Source: Nitrososphaeria archaeon (GTDB lineage Archaea > Thermoproteota > Nitrososphaeria > JACIWG01). From it: a DNA stretch of 64,000 bases. The DNA lies in the NCBI GenBank assembly GCA_050011875.1, contig JBEKIG010000003.1, forward strand, positions 96,001 to 160,000. The letters are read 5' to 3'. Numbering within the stretch: the stretch's first letter is position 1; each line of letters starts with the position of its first letter. Of this stretch, positions 1-9,744 are shown one piece after another. The notes beneath the pieces were generated by a model. It ran no database searches and was not told the DNA's origin. It saw only the letters and a program-made list of their open reading frames with translations. A program made the position numbers and the translations under genes.

Positions 1-1
1 C

Positions 2-301
2 ACATACATCGAGCCTTTTTACGCTACAGTGATTGGTCTATTACCTGAACTACCCAATGACAGATATATCCAGATTGGAAATGGCTCTGGTGCAGGTGCA
101 ACAGCTCTGCTCTTGTCTAGAAATGAATGGAAGGAGGCAGACTCTATCGTTAAAAAAGTTAAAGTCGTCGAGCTCAACCTGATAAAGTTCTTTAAAGACG
201 AATTCATCAACGCAACCTTTATCCCTCACAAAGATGAGACGTTATTCGACAAGACTCTGAGCTCGATTCGCCCCTTAGGTGGGAAACGAGATAGCGACTA
301 A
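2..301 (+). CDS. ASKHA-domain corrinoid reductive activator (RACo/RamA, DUF4445 family), 3' part; truncated by window start
   Basis: The frame is open from base 2 (TYIEPFYATVIGLLP...IGNGSGAGATALLLS...VELN...F..EFINATFIPH), matching the C-terminus of this family. A corrinoid protein gene lies nearby. Confidence 0.8.
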   Translation, partial: TYIEPFYATVIGLLPELPNDRYIQIGNGSGAGATALLLSRNEWKEADSIVKKVKVVELNLIKFFKDEFINATFIPHKDETLFDKTLSSIRPLGGKRDSD

Positions 302-374
302 CATTTGAATTTCCTTTTCACTGTTCAAACAAAAGACTTTTAATGGCTCACAGCTGTCCCTAATTCAGAGCCTA

Positions 375-1211
375 ATGATACCTGTATTGCTTGTTACAGG
401 AAAGGGAATAGCGGAAACGTGGGAAAAGTCTTTGAGCACGTTATGGAAAAACGGTATCAACATTAAGACCGAATATGATAAACCAAAAGATCCACCTAGC
501 GTCGATGCTACAATGATTATGGTAGTAAGTGAACCTCTCTGTGAGCCAAGAATCCATCTATCTATTCCTTCTATGTTCAAGGACCTAGAGAAGTATAAAC
601 AAGAAGTGATTGAAGGCGTTCATGACCATTGGATTGACCCAAAAAGCGGAAAATGGACTTACACATACCATCAGAGACTGTTCAAATATCCCACACGAGA
701 GGGATTCATCGACCAAATCGATTATTTAATCAACAAACTTGCAAGTGTCCCCTACACAAGAAGAGCTCAGGCAATAACTTGGAACCCTATGTTGGACCCT
801 TCAACAGACGATCCCCCATGTCTTCAAAGAATATGGCTCAGATGCACCGAAGAAGATGGTCAGTTAAAATTAAATATGAACACTCATTGGAGATCAAGAG
901 ACGCCTACAAAGCAGCTTTCATGAACATTTTTGCTCTAACAGAACTACAGAAAAAAATTGCATCGATGCTCTCAAATAAGATCAAAAAGGCAATCGAAGT
1001 CGGACAGTACACGGATATTTCTGACTCATATCACATATACGGATCTTATTTAGACGACTTTAACAGCAGGTTCCTTAAGGCAATAGAATTAAGGGAATTT
1101 TATTCGGAGAACATACGCAATTCTCGAACCATAGCGAGTACACATCCTATTGTTCTAAAAGAGTTCGAGCAGGGCAAAATGGAACTGAAAAAAGAACTTA
1201 GATCCAAATAA
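375..1211 (+). CDS. thyA: Archaeal-type thymidylate synthase
   Basis: Motifs YTYHQRL, DQIDY, TRRAQAITW, catalytic PPCL, WRSRD and SYHIY. Confidence 0.85.
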   Translation: MIPVLLVTGKGIAETWEKSLSTLWKNGINIKTEYDKPKDPPSVDATMIMVVSEPLCEPRIHLSIPSMFKDLEKYKQEVIEGVHDHWIDPKSGKWTYTYHQRLFKYPTREGFIDQIDYLINKLASVPYTRRAQAITWNPMLDPSTDDPPCLQRIWLRCTEEDGQLKLNMNTHWRSRDAYKAAFMNIFALTELQKKIASMLSNKIKKAIEVGQYTDISDSYHIYGSYLDDFNSRFLKAIELREFYSENIRNSRTIASTHPIVLKEFEQGKMELKKELRSK

Positions 1212-1428
1212 TCGACCATTTTTTACGTGAAAATATAAATTGCGCAATAAGTCGATTTTTATTAGACGTGGAAAGTAGACACCATCTAAATCGTTGTTTT
1301 ATGCTCAAGTTATATAGTATTAACAGTGGAGAGATAGGGCATTTCATCTTCTAACGTTCACATACTTAATGTTGGAGTAGAATCTTCGAAATCTCACTAA
1401 GTAGCTATTCGCAAACTTTTAAAGGCAT

Positions 1429-2778
1429 TCAGGTTTCTAAGTAGTCTTTAACCTTGAGCTTGCCAACCTTTTGCTGGTAACTCGGTAGAGTTTGTTCGAC
1501 CTTCTTTAAAGGATCTCGATAAATATCATCCAATTTATCTTTCGCAGTCTCCAGATACCTTTTCTCGCTCTTGCCAAGTTTCAACCTTTGTTCTCCCATT
1601 ATCAAAATTGAAGCCTTTATTCCACTGGAGATAGTTCTAGAAAGCTCGTCCCCTCCACCGACTATGGCTCCCCCTATTTCACAAGCTATTTCTGGAGATA
1701 GAACAAAAGCCTGAGGGTCAACATATTTGTCGGATTCAACTAAAATAGTCTTCAGTTCTTGCTGCATTCCAATTTTTATCGCTGTGTTCATAATTTTTGT
1801 GTCATAGTGGAGAATCTCCAAAAAAACTTCGGGACCGTAGCCGCCGAAAAGCCTAATGTTTTCAACCTGCTCATTTGACCAGAGATCACACACTCCACCG
1901 ACAATATTTCCGACAAGACTCGAATGTGCGCAAGCAGCGGTCTTTCCTTCCAATGACATCGGGTAACCTGTTATTGCCTTAATAATTACATTTTCATAGG
2001 CGCAATCCTTTCCAGGTCCAACAGCACCCTCCTCGTACGCTACTAGACTTCTACATGCTGACATGGCCCTTACTATCGCTGCAAGAGAGTGGGGGATGAC
2101 GTTGTCTCTGAGACCCCCTGCAAGCCTCATTGAAGTATTACCAAATGCGCAGGCACTGTCACCACCCGCGATAACATTCTTATTCCTGGCGATTTTAACG
2201 ATTTCCCTCCACAATTTTTTCATATCATAAGTTGCCAAGTACCCTAATGCCGCGACAATTCCAAGAAGATCTTGCCTTATTACTGCGTAGTTAAAAAGTT
2301 CTTTTCCGCCTTCGGATTCTATCGAAAGGACATCAGCACCATTAGAAGCTACCTGCTCAAAAGCATCCATCATCCTATTAAATCCGCCTTCGTCGTTTTT
2401 TGGTTTGCCGAAATCCCTGATGTCTGGAACAGTTACTCTGAGAGCGAGTTGCATACCGTATTCTTTAGAATATGCATCTATCAGATTCTTCTGTAGTCTA
2501 GTTATTTCTCCTGGAAGAGTCGATTGCTGCATCTCAACATATGTCAATTCGGTTTCAAGCTGGAGTCTATCCACGCCTAAACTCGTTGCCCTCTTCAAAA
2601 CCTGTTCAGTTATAGCTTTGAACTCTTCCTTCGAATCTTTGCCTACTCTTGGAAAATACTTGACCTCGGGTACAACACGCCCTTTTCCTATCTCTAAGCC
2701 ATTGCCATATATCAGGGGATGGCGACTAAAACCAAAAACTAAGCTGTTTTTATCGAGCTCCACCCTGTTAAACTTCAT
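1429..2778 (-). CDS. mtaB: Methanol:corrinoid methyltransferase MtaB family (divergent)
   Basis: Full-length similarity to MtaB: GLEIGKG..VPEVKY, GADVLSIESEGGKE, GDSAC, RSLVAYEEGAVGPGKDCAYEN, EGKTAACAHS, CDLWSNE, SDKYVDPQA. Confidence 0.9.
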   Translation of the reverse strand: MKFNRVELDKNSLVFGFSRHPLIYGNGLEIGKGRVVPEVKYFPRVGKDSKEEFKAITEQVLKRATSLGVDRLQLETELTYVEMQQSTLPGEITRLQKNLIDAYSKEYGMQLALRVTVPDIRDFGKPKNDEGGFNRMMDAFEQVASNGADVLSIESEGGKELFNYAVIRQDLLGIVAALGYLATYDMKKLWREIVKIARNKNVIAGGDSACAFGNTSMRLAGGLRDNVIPHSLAAIVRAMSACRSLVAYEEGAVGPGKDCAYENVIIKAITGYPMSLEGKTAACAHSSLVGNIVGGVCDLWSNEQVENIRLFGGYGPEVFLEILHYDTKIMNTAIKIGMQQELKTILVESDKYVDPQAFVLSPEIACEIGGAIVGGGDELSRTISSGIKASILIMGEQRLKLGKSEKRYLETAKDKLDDIYRDPLKKVEQTLPSYQQKVGKLKVKDYLET

Positions 2779-2802
2779 ACGGAGCCTGGCTCCTCCCCTT
2801 TC

Positions 2803-3462
2803 TTACTTTACCCACTGCTTGCAGAGTCTTACTCCTTCTACTGCGTTCGAGCCATAGCTGTCGGCGCCTATGCTCTTTGCAAATTCTTCGGTGACAGCCG
2901 CGCCCCCAATTATGACTTTAACCTTCTTCCTTAAACCAGCTTTCTTAAGCTCGTCTACAACGCTCTCCATTTCCACCATTGTTACCGTCAGTAGAGCTGA
3001 CATTGCGACTATGTTAGGCTTATCTTTCTTAACAGCATCGACGAACGCTTCTGGGGAGACATCAGCACCCAAATCTATGACGTTAAACTCAGATGCTTCA
3101 AGCATCATTGAGACAATGTTCTTTCCTATATCGTGAAGGTCACCTCTAACAGTTCCTATAACAACTTTCCCAATTTTCTTAATCTTGACACCCTTCAGCT
3201 TGGGCTCAAGTAGCTTTGTTACTTCTTTTCCAATTTCTCCAGCAACTATGAGCTCGGATAGAAAATATTCGGACGCTTCGAACTTTTTACCTACGATCTC
3301 CATACCCTGAGCTATACTTTTGAGGATTACTTCTTGTGGATCAACACCCATCTCCATAGCCTTTAGAGTATTCTCTTTCGATTTGTCAAAGTCAAGGTTT
3401 ACTATATTGTCGCGAATTGCTTCCAGAATCTCGTCTTTGTTCATGTCTTCTCGTCGTCTCAT
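2803..3462 (-). CDS. mtaC: Cognate corrinoid protein (MtaC-like); start may be at 3444
   Basis: B12-binding motif GDLHDIGKNIV, SALLT, IIGGAAV and an N-terminal cap domain. It lies directly upstream of mtaB. Confidence 0.9.
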   Translation of the reverse strand: MRRREDMNKDEILEAIRDNIVNLDFDKSKENTLKAMEMGVDPQEVILKSIAQGMEIVGKKFEASEYFLSELIVAGEIGKEVTKLLEPKLKGVKIKKIGKVVIGTVRGDLHDIGKNIVSMMLEASEFNVIDLGADVSPEAFVDAVKKDKPNIVAMSALLTVTMVEMESVVDELKKAGLRKKVKVIIGGAAVTEEFAKSIGADSYGSNAVEGVRLCKQWVK

Positions 3463-3604
3463 TTATCAAATCCATATTTAAGTTTTATCTGAAAAAGATT
3501 GAATGAATGAGGATTCCATTAAATATTTTTATTTTATTATCATCCCAGAACGCAAAGGGTCTTATTTTTATTTGAAAAAATTAAAGTGTAGATAGACTTT
3601 GATA

Positions 3605-4558
3605 CTAAAGCGTATTATATGATTTTATAATTTCCGCGTGGTCTATTTTTCCATCCCCGTCTTGATCGTAGCCCTTAATTATCGAAGCATACCTTGATTG
3701 TCCGTTATAGAATTTTAGTGTCTCTTCTGACGGTTCTGTCAAACCAATTATGGCCGATTTTGTTCCGAGATGTCTAATACCAGCTATAATTATGATACAC
3801 TTTTCAGGGTCATAGGGATTTTTGATCTTTGATATTAAAGCATCCGTCTCCCCCTGGTACACATTGCCATCTTGATCAATTAGACCTGACCAATAGTTTG
3901 GCTCCGCAAACTTTATAGGAAGATGCTTATTTATTTCGGATGTTATAATATTTGTTATAGGACCTCCTACTAAAATGAGGTTTTCATTATATAATCGTTC
4001 AGCTTTTATATCCGTATCTAAACGGATAATGAAATTCTTTAGATTATTTGAACATTTTCCAAGGAAAAATGATAATTCTGCTGCATAGTGACCGTCTCGT
4101 GCGACAGCCCTAAAAGGCCCATGCGGTTCAGGTGAACCTACAACGATGTACCCATTAAACGAGTCGTCTTTGCAGAATTCTTTGAAAAATAAAGGGAATT
4201 TGTTATATAAATGATAAATTTTTAAAGCTTCTTCCTTTGGTTCTTTAAATAGTATTGTAATTCCATTATTTGACAAGAGAACTTTTTTTGCTCTAGCGCC
4301 GCGGATATTCTGTTCTTCAACTATGTTTATTATGCCAGATGTTAATAGTTTTTTAATGTGATAGTAAACACTTTGTTCGTTTAATGAAAGTTCTCTGGCT
4401 ATCTCTCTGGCATACTTTGGCTTGTCTTCGATAGAATGGATTATCTTCCAACTTATGTCATTTGATAATACTCTCGTAGGGGTTAAGTCAAAAAATACTG
4501 AAGTATGGGCAGTAAGATTCTTGTCTTCTTTTTGGTATGTTAAAAGTCCATCAACCAT
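3605..4558 (-). CDS. ArsR-like winged-HTH protein fused to an alpha/beta C-terminal domain; putative regulator
   Basis: HTH segment YAREIARELSLNEQSVYYHIKKL. The C-domain has IVVGSPEPHGP, NLILVGGPITN and a terminal DQDGDGKID motif. Confidence 0.7.
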   Translation of the reverse strand: MVDGLLTYQKEDKNLTAHTSVFFDLTPTRVLSNDISWKIIHSIEDKPKYAREIARELSLNEQSVYYHIKKLLTSGIINIVEEQNIRGARAKKVLLSNNGITILFKEPKEEALKIYHLYNKFPLFFKEFCKDDSFNGYIVVGSPEPHGPFRAVARDGHYAAELSFFLGKCSNNLKNFIIRLDTDIKAERLYNENLILVGGPITNIITSEINKHLPIKFAEPNYWSGLIDQDGNVYQGETDALISKIKNPYDPEKCIIIIAGIRHLGTKSAIIGLTEPSEETLKFYNGQSRYASIIKGYDQDGDGKIDHAEIIKSYNTL

Positions 4559-4622
4559 TTTAAGTCAAATTATAATATTTTATTTCTGCTTATAAGTTTT
4601 TATTGTCTTCACACCCAAAGAA

Positions 4623-4639
4623 CGTATTAACGGAATACG
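4623..4639. promoter_or_regulatory. Inverted repeat CGTATT-N5-AATACG, candidate operator
   Basis: Perfect 6-bp arms in the divergent intergenic region between the HTH gene and glmS. Confidence 0.35.
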
Positions 4640-4698
4640 AATATTAACAAATTAGACAGCGATGGTGGATTTATACAGCTTATATAGACTTTTAAACC

Positions 4699-6477
4699 AT
4701 GTGCGGTATAATAGGTTACACAGGGGAAAATAGAGCGGCTTCAGTAATTTTTATGGCACTCAAACGATTAGAATATAGAGGATACGATTCCGCAGGAATT
4801 GCTACACTTGATGGAAATGGCAGGATCCAAATAAAGAAAGATATTGGACGCGTAGAAGAAATAAATAAAAAAATTGACCTTCAATCCATGGAAGGTACAA
4901 TGGGAATTGGACATACTAGATGGGCTACACATGGGGGAGTCACACGTGCAAATGCTCATCCTCATATTTCAAATAATAGCAAGATCGTTGTTGTACATAA
5001 TGGAATAGTTGAGAATTATCAAGAAATAAGAAAAATGCTTGAAGAAAATGGCTTCACCTTTTACAGTGAGACAGATACAGAAACGATACCCAATCTGATA
5101 GAATTAGAAATGCGAAAAGGAAAAAAATTTGAGAGTGCTGCAATTGATGCGATAAGACAACTTGAAGGATACTATGCAATTCTCGCTATGTGCGAGGGTG
5201 AAAGAAAAATAATTGCTGCCAGAAATGGTTCACCCCTTGTAGTAGGTGTCGGAAAAAAAGAGAGCTTTATTGCAAGTGACATACCTGCTTTTATAGAGCA
5301 TACAAAAGATGTGATATATGTGTACGATAAAGACTTTATAACTATAGGCTCCGATAATGAAATTAAATTCTTTTCGTTGAAAGAAAATAAAGAAGTGACA
5401 AGACCTATACATAGTATAGATTGGAGTGTTGACCAGGCGCAAAAGGGTAATTTTGACCATTTTATGATGAAAGAAATATCAGAACAAGTGGATACAATTC
5501 AAAAGGCAGCGAATCAAGATATAAAAAACCTATTTGCTGTTGCGGATGCCATTAACAAAGCAAAAGGAGTGTTTTTAGTTGCCTGTGGTAGTTCGTACCA
5601 TGCATGCCTTTCTGCGAGTTATATTTTTTCCAAAATCGTTAAGATGCATATAAATGTGGTATTAGCCTCAGAGTTCTCAAATTATGAACATTATCTTACT
5701 CCTGAAACACTTATAATAGCTGTCTCCCAGAGTGGAGAAACCATTGACGTCTTGGAGGCTGTCAGCACTGCAAGAAGAAAAAATAGTCAAGTTATGTCCG
5801 TAGTAAACGTAGTTGGTTCATCCCTCCACAGAGACTCAGATAGAGCTCTAATGCTAAATACAGGGCCAGAAATATGTGTCTTATCAACGAAGACTTATAC
5901 GGCACAACTAGCTGTTCTTTCGCTTTTGGCGTATACTGTAGCAGGTAGGTATGAAGAGGGTCTATCTAATCTTAGATATCTTTGGAATTCGATCTACAAC
6001 CTGACATCTGTAAGTACAAGAGAACATATAAAACAAATAGCTGATAAACTAAAAGACAAAGAGCACATATTCTTAGTTGGACGAGGACTGATGTACCCTA
6101 CTGCGTTAGAGGCGGCATTAAAAATCAAGGAGGTATCATACATTCATGCTGAAGGTTTCAGTGGAGGAGAATTAAAACATGGAACAATCGCTCTGATAGA
6201 AGATGGTACACCGTGTATAGTTTTTTCTTCAAGAGAAACTGAGAAGGATATCGTATCAAACGCAATGGAAATCAAGGCAAGGGGAGGATATATTATAGGT
6301 GTTAATTCAAAGAATAATCCCATCTTTGACTTCTTCATAAAAACACCTGATTCAGATATTTTGGACCCTATAACACACATAGTCCCGATTCAAATTCTTG
6401 CATATCAACTGGCAGTACTCCGTGGTTATGATCCAGATAAACCGAGAAATCTTGCTAAATCGGTGACTGTAAAATAA
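4699..6477 (+). CDS. glmS: Glutamine--fructose-6-phosphate aminotransferase
   Basis: MCGIIG start, LEYRGYDSAG, GHTRWATHG, SQSGET and C-terminal PRNLAKSVTVK. Confidence 0.97.
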   Translation: MCGIIGYTGENRAASVIFMALKRLEYRGYDSAGIATLDGNGRIQIKKDIGRVEEINKKIDLQSMEGTMGIGHTRWATHGGVTRANAHPHISNNSKIVVVHNGIVENYQEIRKMLEENGFTFYSETDTETIPNLIELEMRKGKKFESAAIDAIRQLEGYYAILAMCEGERKIIAARNGSPLVVGVGKKESFIASDIPAFIEHTKDVIYVYDKDFITIGSDNEIKFFSLKENKEVTRPIHSIDWSVDQAQKGNFDHFMMKEISEQVDTIQKAANQDIKNLFAVADAINKAKGVFLVACGSSYHACLSASYIFSKIVKMHINVVLASEFSNYEHYLTPETLIIAVSQSGETIDVLEAVSTARRKNSQVMSVVNVVGSSLHRDSDRALMLNTGPEICVLSTKTYTAQLAVLSLLAYTVAGRYEEGLSNLRYLWNSIYNLTSVSTREHIKQIADKLKDKEHIFLVGRGLMYPTALEAALKIKEVSYIHAEGFSGGELKHGTIALIEDGTPCIVFSSRETEKDIVSNAMEIKARGGYIIGVNSKNNPIFDFFIKTPDSDILDPITHIVPIQILAYQLAVLRGYDPDKPRNLAKSVTVK

Positions 6478-6566
6478 TTGAAAAACTATAGGTATCAACG
6501 CATAATAAAAAAAATAAAGTTAAAATAAATTTTCTTAATACCATTAAATGAGGAACATCCCTAGGT

Positions 6567-7700
6567 CTATTCACTGTAGTACGTTTGCCCATATTTCCAA
6601 GCTTCATCGAACATGGCAACAATGTTCTCAGGCGGCGTAAATGGTTGGATATTATGAACCGATGCTAGAACGTATCCTCCGTCTTTACCTAACTGATTTA
6701 TTCTCAACCTAACTTCTTCTCGAACATCTGATGGTTGACTAAAAGGAAGAATATGCTGCGTGTCTATTGCGCCCCAAAAGGCGACCTTGTCTCCAAACTT
6801 CTCCTTTAGATCATTGCCATCCATCCCTTTTGCTGATACTTGGACAGGATTGATACCTGATACACCAGCATCAACAATGTCATCGATAAGGGAAGATATT
6901 GCCCCATCACTGTGAATTATTACCTTAGCTTTCGTTACACGTTTGAAGGCGTCAACGATTTTTATATGCTTGGGCTTAACGTACTTCCTATAAACTTGCG
7001 GCGATATTATGGCAGCTGTCTGAGCCCCTAGATCATCTCCAAAGAATACGAAATCGAGATAGTTGCCAATAGGTTTGACGTATTCTTCAATTAAACTAAC
7101 CATTATACCCGCAACTTTTTCCATAATGGCATCAGCAATCTTAGGATGCAGTATCATATCAGCTAGAAACTGTTGATAGCCTCTGAGAAGCATCGAATGC
7201 GCAAAGGAGCCAACTATTACATATGGCAGACCTACAGCGTAGTCCTGTTTAGTAAGTCTTTCAGCCTGATCGATCATATCTTCGAGATCATAAGAGATGG
7301 TGTGTGAATCAGGCCAATTGAATTGCTCTATCTCTTCCATATCTTTTGCCTTTGAGAGTGGGCTACCATCCTTTGTCACATCATAATAATATCCTGTGAA
7401 CCTCCTCTTAACACCCCATACATCTAGCATTTCTTTTGGATAGTTGAGCTCTTTTCCAGCAGATTTTGGATAGATATACCTCGTATCTACGTGAAATTTC
7501 CTAAGAACTTTTTCGTCTGGTCTAGACGACCCGCTAATCAAATCTAAAAGCCTGATTTTATCTACGTCTATCTTAAGATTTCTAAGAAGAGGTTTATATG
7601 CTTCAACATGTATCGTAGAAACTGTTCCACCCATATCGATAGGTATACGGTCAGGCTGTTCGTGGTTAAGTGCAGATAGAACTCTTTCTCTGGAGTTCAA
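6567..7700 (-). CDS. Uroporphyrinogen decarboxylase/MtaA-CmuA superfamily protein
   Basis: MNSRERVL..LNHEQPDRIPID, GDDLG, IIHSDG, FWGAIDTQ, GGYVLASVHNIQ..TPPENI. Confidence 0.85.
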   Translation of the reverse strand: MNSRERVLSALNHEQPDRIPIDMGGTVSTIHVEAYKPLLRNLKIDVDKIRLLDLISGSSRPDEKVLRKFHVDTRYIYPKSAGKELNYPKEMLDVWGVKRRFTGYYYDVTKDGSPLSKAKDMEEIEQFNWPDSHTISYDLEDMIDQAERLTKQDYAVGLPYVIVGSFAHSMLLRGYQQFLADMILHPKIADAIMEKVAGIMVSLIEEYVKPIGNYLDFVFFGDDLGAQTAAIISPQVYRKYVKPKHIKIVDAFKRVTKAKVIIHSDGAISSLIDDIVDAGVSGINPVQVSAKGMDGNDLKEKFGDKVAFWGAIDTQHILPFSQPSDVREEVRLRINQLGKDGGYVLASVHNIQPFTPPENIVAMFDEAWKYGQTYYSE

Positions 7701-7859
7701 AATTATCTATCGTCAACTATCTTTTATTAATTCTTTATATTTCTTTTGTGAGGACTAAAAAAACAATTCGTCTATTTCTAAGCATAAAAACAAAAGAAAT
7801 TATTAGCTCGTATAATCTTATAAAAGCTTTTATACTCATTTTAGATATAATAATATTTA

Positions 7860-8264
7860 ATGTCAGTAAAGTTGTTGAATGTTAAGGACGTTAAAATTAT
7901 TAAAGCGCTTGGAGGACCCATAAAACCTATAATCTCCAACGAAACCACAAGTAAAAACCAGGACTTCGCGATGGGCGTCTTCAAACCCAAGGATGGGCTG
8001 TACCCTCATACCCACGTCAATTCAGAGGAAATTTACTTTGTTTTAGAAGGGAGAGGCACTGTTTTTGTCGGAAAAGAAAAGAAGGCTATGAAGATCTCTG
8101 AAGGAGACGTTGTGTACATACCTTCCGGCGTTGTGCATGGCGTTACAAATACGGGGAAGAAGAAGCTTCTGATAGCATTCTTTGTGTCACCAGGAAAGCA
8201 ACACGCAGGCTTTAGCATAGGCAAGGATTGTGTTGTCTTCGAAGAAAAAATTCTGACACCTTAG
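7860..8264 (+). CDS. Cupin domain protein
   Basis: Cupin metal motifs PHTH..SEEIYFVLEG and GDVVYIPSGVVHGV. Confidence 0.9.
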   Translation: MSVKLLNVKDVKIIKALGGPIKPIISNETTSKNQDFAMGVFKPKDGLYPHTHVNSEEIYFVLEGRGTVFVGKEKKAMKISEGDVVYIPSGVVHGVTNTGKKKLLIAFFVSPGKQHAGFSIGKDCVVFEEKILTP

Positions 8265-8437
8265 AAAAAACATTGAATAAATAATGTTGATTAAGGCAAA
8301 TGGATTTTAGAGCTTTTTTCACAACCCTTTCCTTTTTTGATACCATTTTTTCTAACTCTAGAGAGTATTTTAAATAACATTTCTGACTATAAAACAAAAA
8401 GATATAGCCAGGATTTTTACAGTGTAAGCTGGTAGAA

Positions 8438-9682
8438 ATGTACCCCAACATGGTAGATGTCAGACAATACTTTGATGCACCTCCAGCGATAGACTATAAA
8501 AATGTACTACGAGAGGAACTGAAAAACGCTGATCTTAAATCAGTCGTGAAACCAGGTACAAGGGTCGCCATAACAGCTGGAAGTAGGGGAGTAACAAACA
8601 TAGCTGATATTATAAAGACAGTTGTTGACGAGGTGAAGAAAGTTGGAGGGATTCCCTTTATCATACCTACAATGGGAAGCCACGGTGGCGCCACTTCTGA
8701 AGGCCAAGTCAGAGTGCTGAGCGACCTTGGTTTGACCGAGAGCTTTGCCGGCGCACCTATAGTGTCATCAATGGAGGTAAAAGAGGTCGCGAGACTCGAC
8801 AACGGTAAACCTGTCTACGTTTCAAAACCTGCTCTTGAAGCTGATGCGATTATAGTTGTTGGCAGGGTTAAGTCCCATACGGATTTCAAGGACGAAGTCG
8901 AGAGCGGCCTTATGAAGATGATGGTTATCGGCCTAGGCAAGCAGAAGGGAGCACAGACATTCCATTCCAATGGAAGATATGGTTACCATAACTTGCTCGT
9001 ACCAACTGCAAGGAAGATCATGGAAAATGCCCCAATCAAGCTTGGCATAGCCATCGTTGAGAACCAGTACCATGAGACAGCCCTGATAAAAGCGCTTAAA
9101 CCTCATGAGATAGAAAGAGAAGAAAGAAAACTTCTTGCAAAATCAAAGGAATGGATAATGACGATCCCTTTCAACCAACTAGATCTGCTCATAGTGGAGA
9201 AGATGGGGAAGAACATCAGCGGTTCAGGGATGGACCCAAATGTTACAGGTAGATTTGCTTGGCCTGAAGAAAAACCAAAGGACCTACCCGACTTAAGAAT
9301 GATTGTTACACTTGATCTAACTAAGGAAACCGAAGGAAACGCAATAGGCGTTGGACTAGCTGATATAATAACGAAAAGGCTATTTGATAAAATAAACTTC
9401 AACGACACATACATGAATTCTTTAACTGCCGGTATGATCGGGATAATCGCAGCCAAGATCCCTACTGTGATGCCAACAGATCAGGACGCCATAGGACTTG
9501 CACTGCGGCTCCTAGACAAGAAGAATGAAGAAGTTCGAGTTATACGTATTAAAAACACTCTTGAACTGGCTACATTCCAAGTATCAGAACCTCTAATCAA
9601 CGAAGTTGAGAAAAATAAAAAACTTGAACTAACCGGTGAAATTGACGAGATGCAGTTCAATATTCTTGGAAATCTTATGTAG
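8438..9682 (+). CDS. LarA-like (DUF2088/DUF362) putative nickel-pincer isomerase/racemase
   Basis: VAITAGSRG, PTMGSHGGAT.EGQ, RVKSHTDF, ESGLMKM..IGLGK, GKNISGSGMD.NV.GR, GNAIGVGLAD. Confidence 0.75.
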   Translation: MYPNMVDVRQYFDAPPAIDYKNVLREELKNADLKSVVKPGTRVAITAGSRGVTNIADIIKTVVDEVKKVGGIPFIIPTMGSHGGATSEGQVRVLSDLGLTESFAGAPIVSSMEVKEVARLDNGKPVYVSKPALEADAIIVVGRVKSHTDFKDEVESGLMKMMVIGLGKQKGAQTFHSNGRYGYHNLLVPTARKIMENAPIKLGIAIVENQYHETALIKALKPHEIEREERKLLAKSKEWIMTIPFNQLDLLIVEKMGKNISGSGMDPNVTGRFAWPEEKPKDLPDLRMIVTLDLTKETEGNAIGVGLADIITKRLFDKINFNDTYMNSLTAGMIGIIAAKIPTVMPTDQDAIGLALRLLDKKNEEVRVIRIKNTLELATFQVSEPLINEVEKNKKLELTGEIDEMQFNILGNLM

Positions 9683-9744
9683 TAGATGCTTAAAGCTCTT
9701 TAAAAGGATACAGTTAAAAATCATCGGTATCTGTATTAGTATAG

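Noticed and set aside
1429-3462. Pyrrolysine or selenocysteine read-through in the methyltransferase genes
   Set aside because: Both ORFs are full length with no in-frame TAG or TGA, and MtaB is not a Pyl enzyme.
4559-4698. glmS ribozyme upstream of glmS
   Set aside because: The spacer is short and AT-rich, without the conserved core or paired regions.
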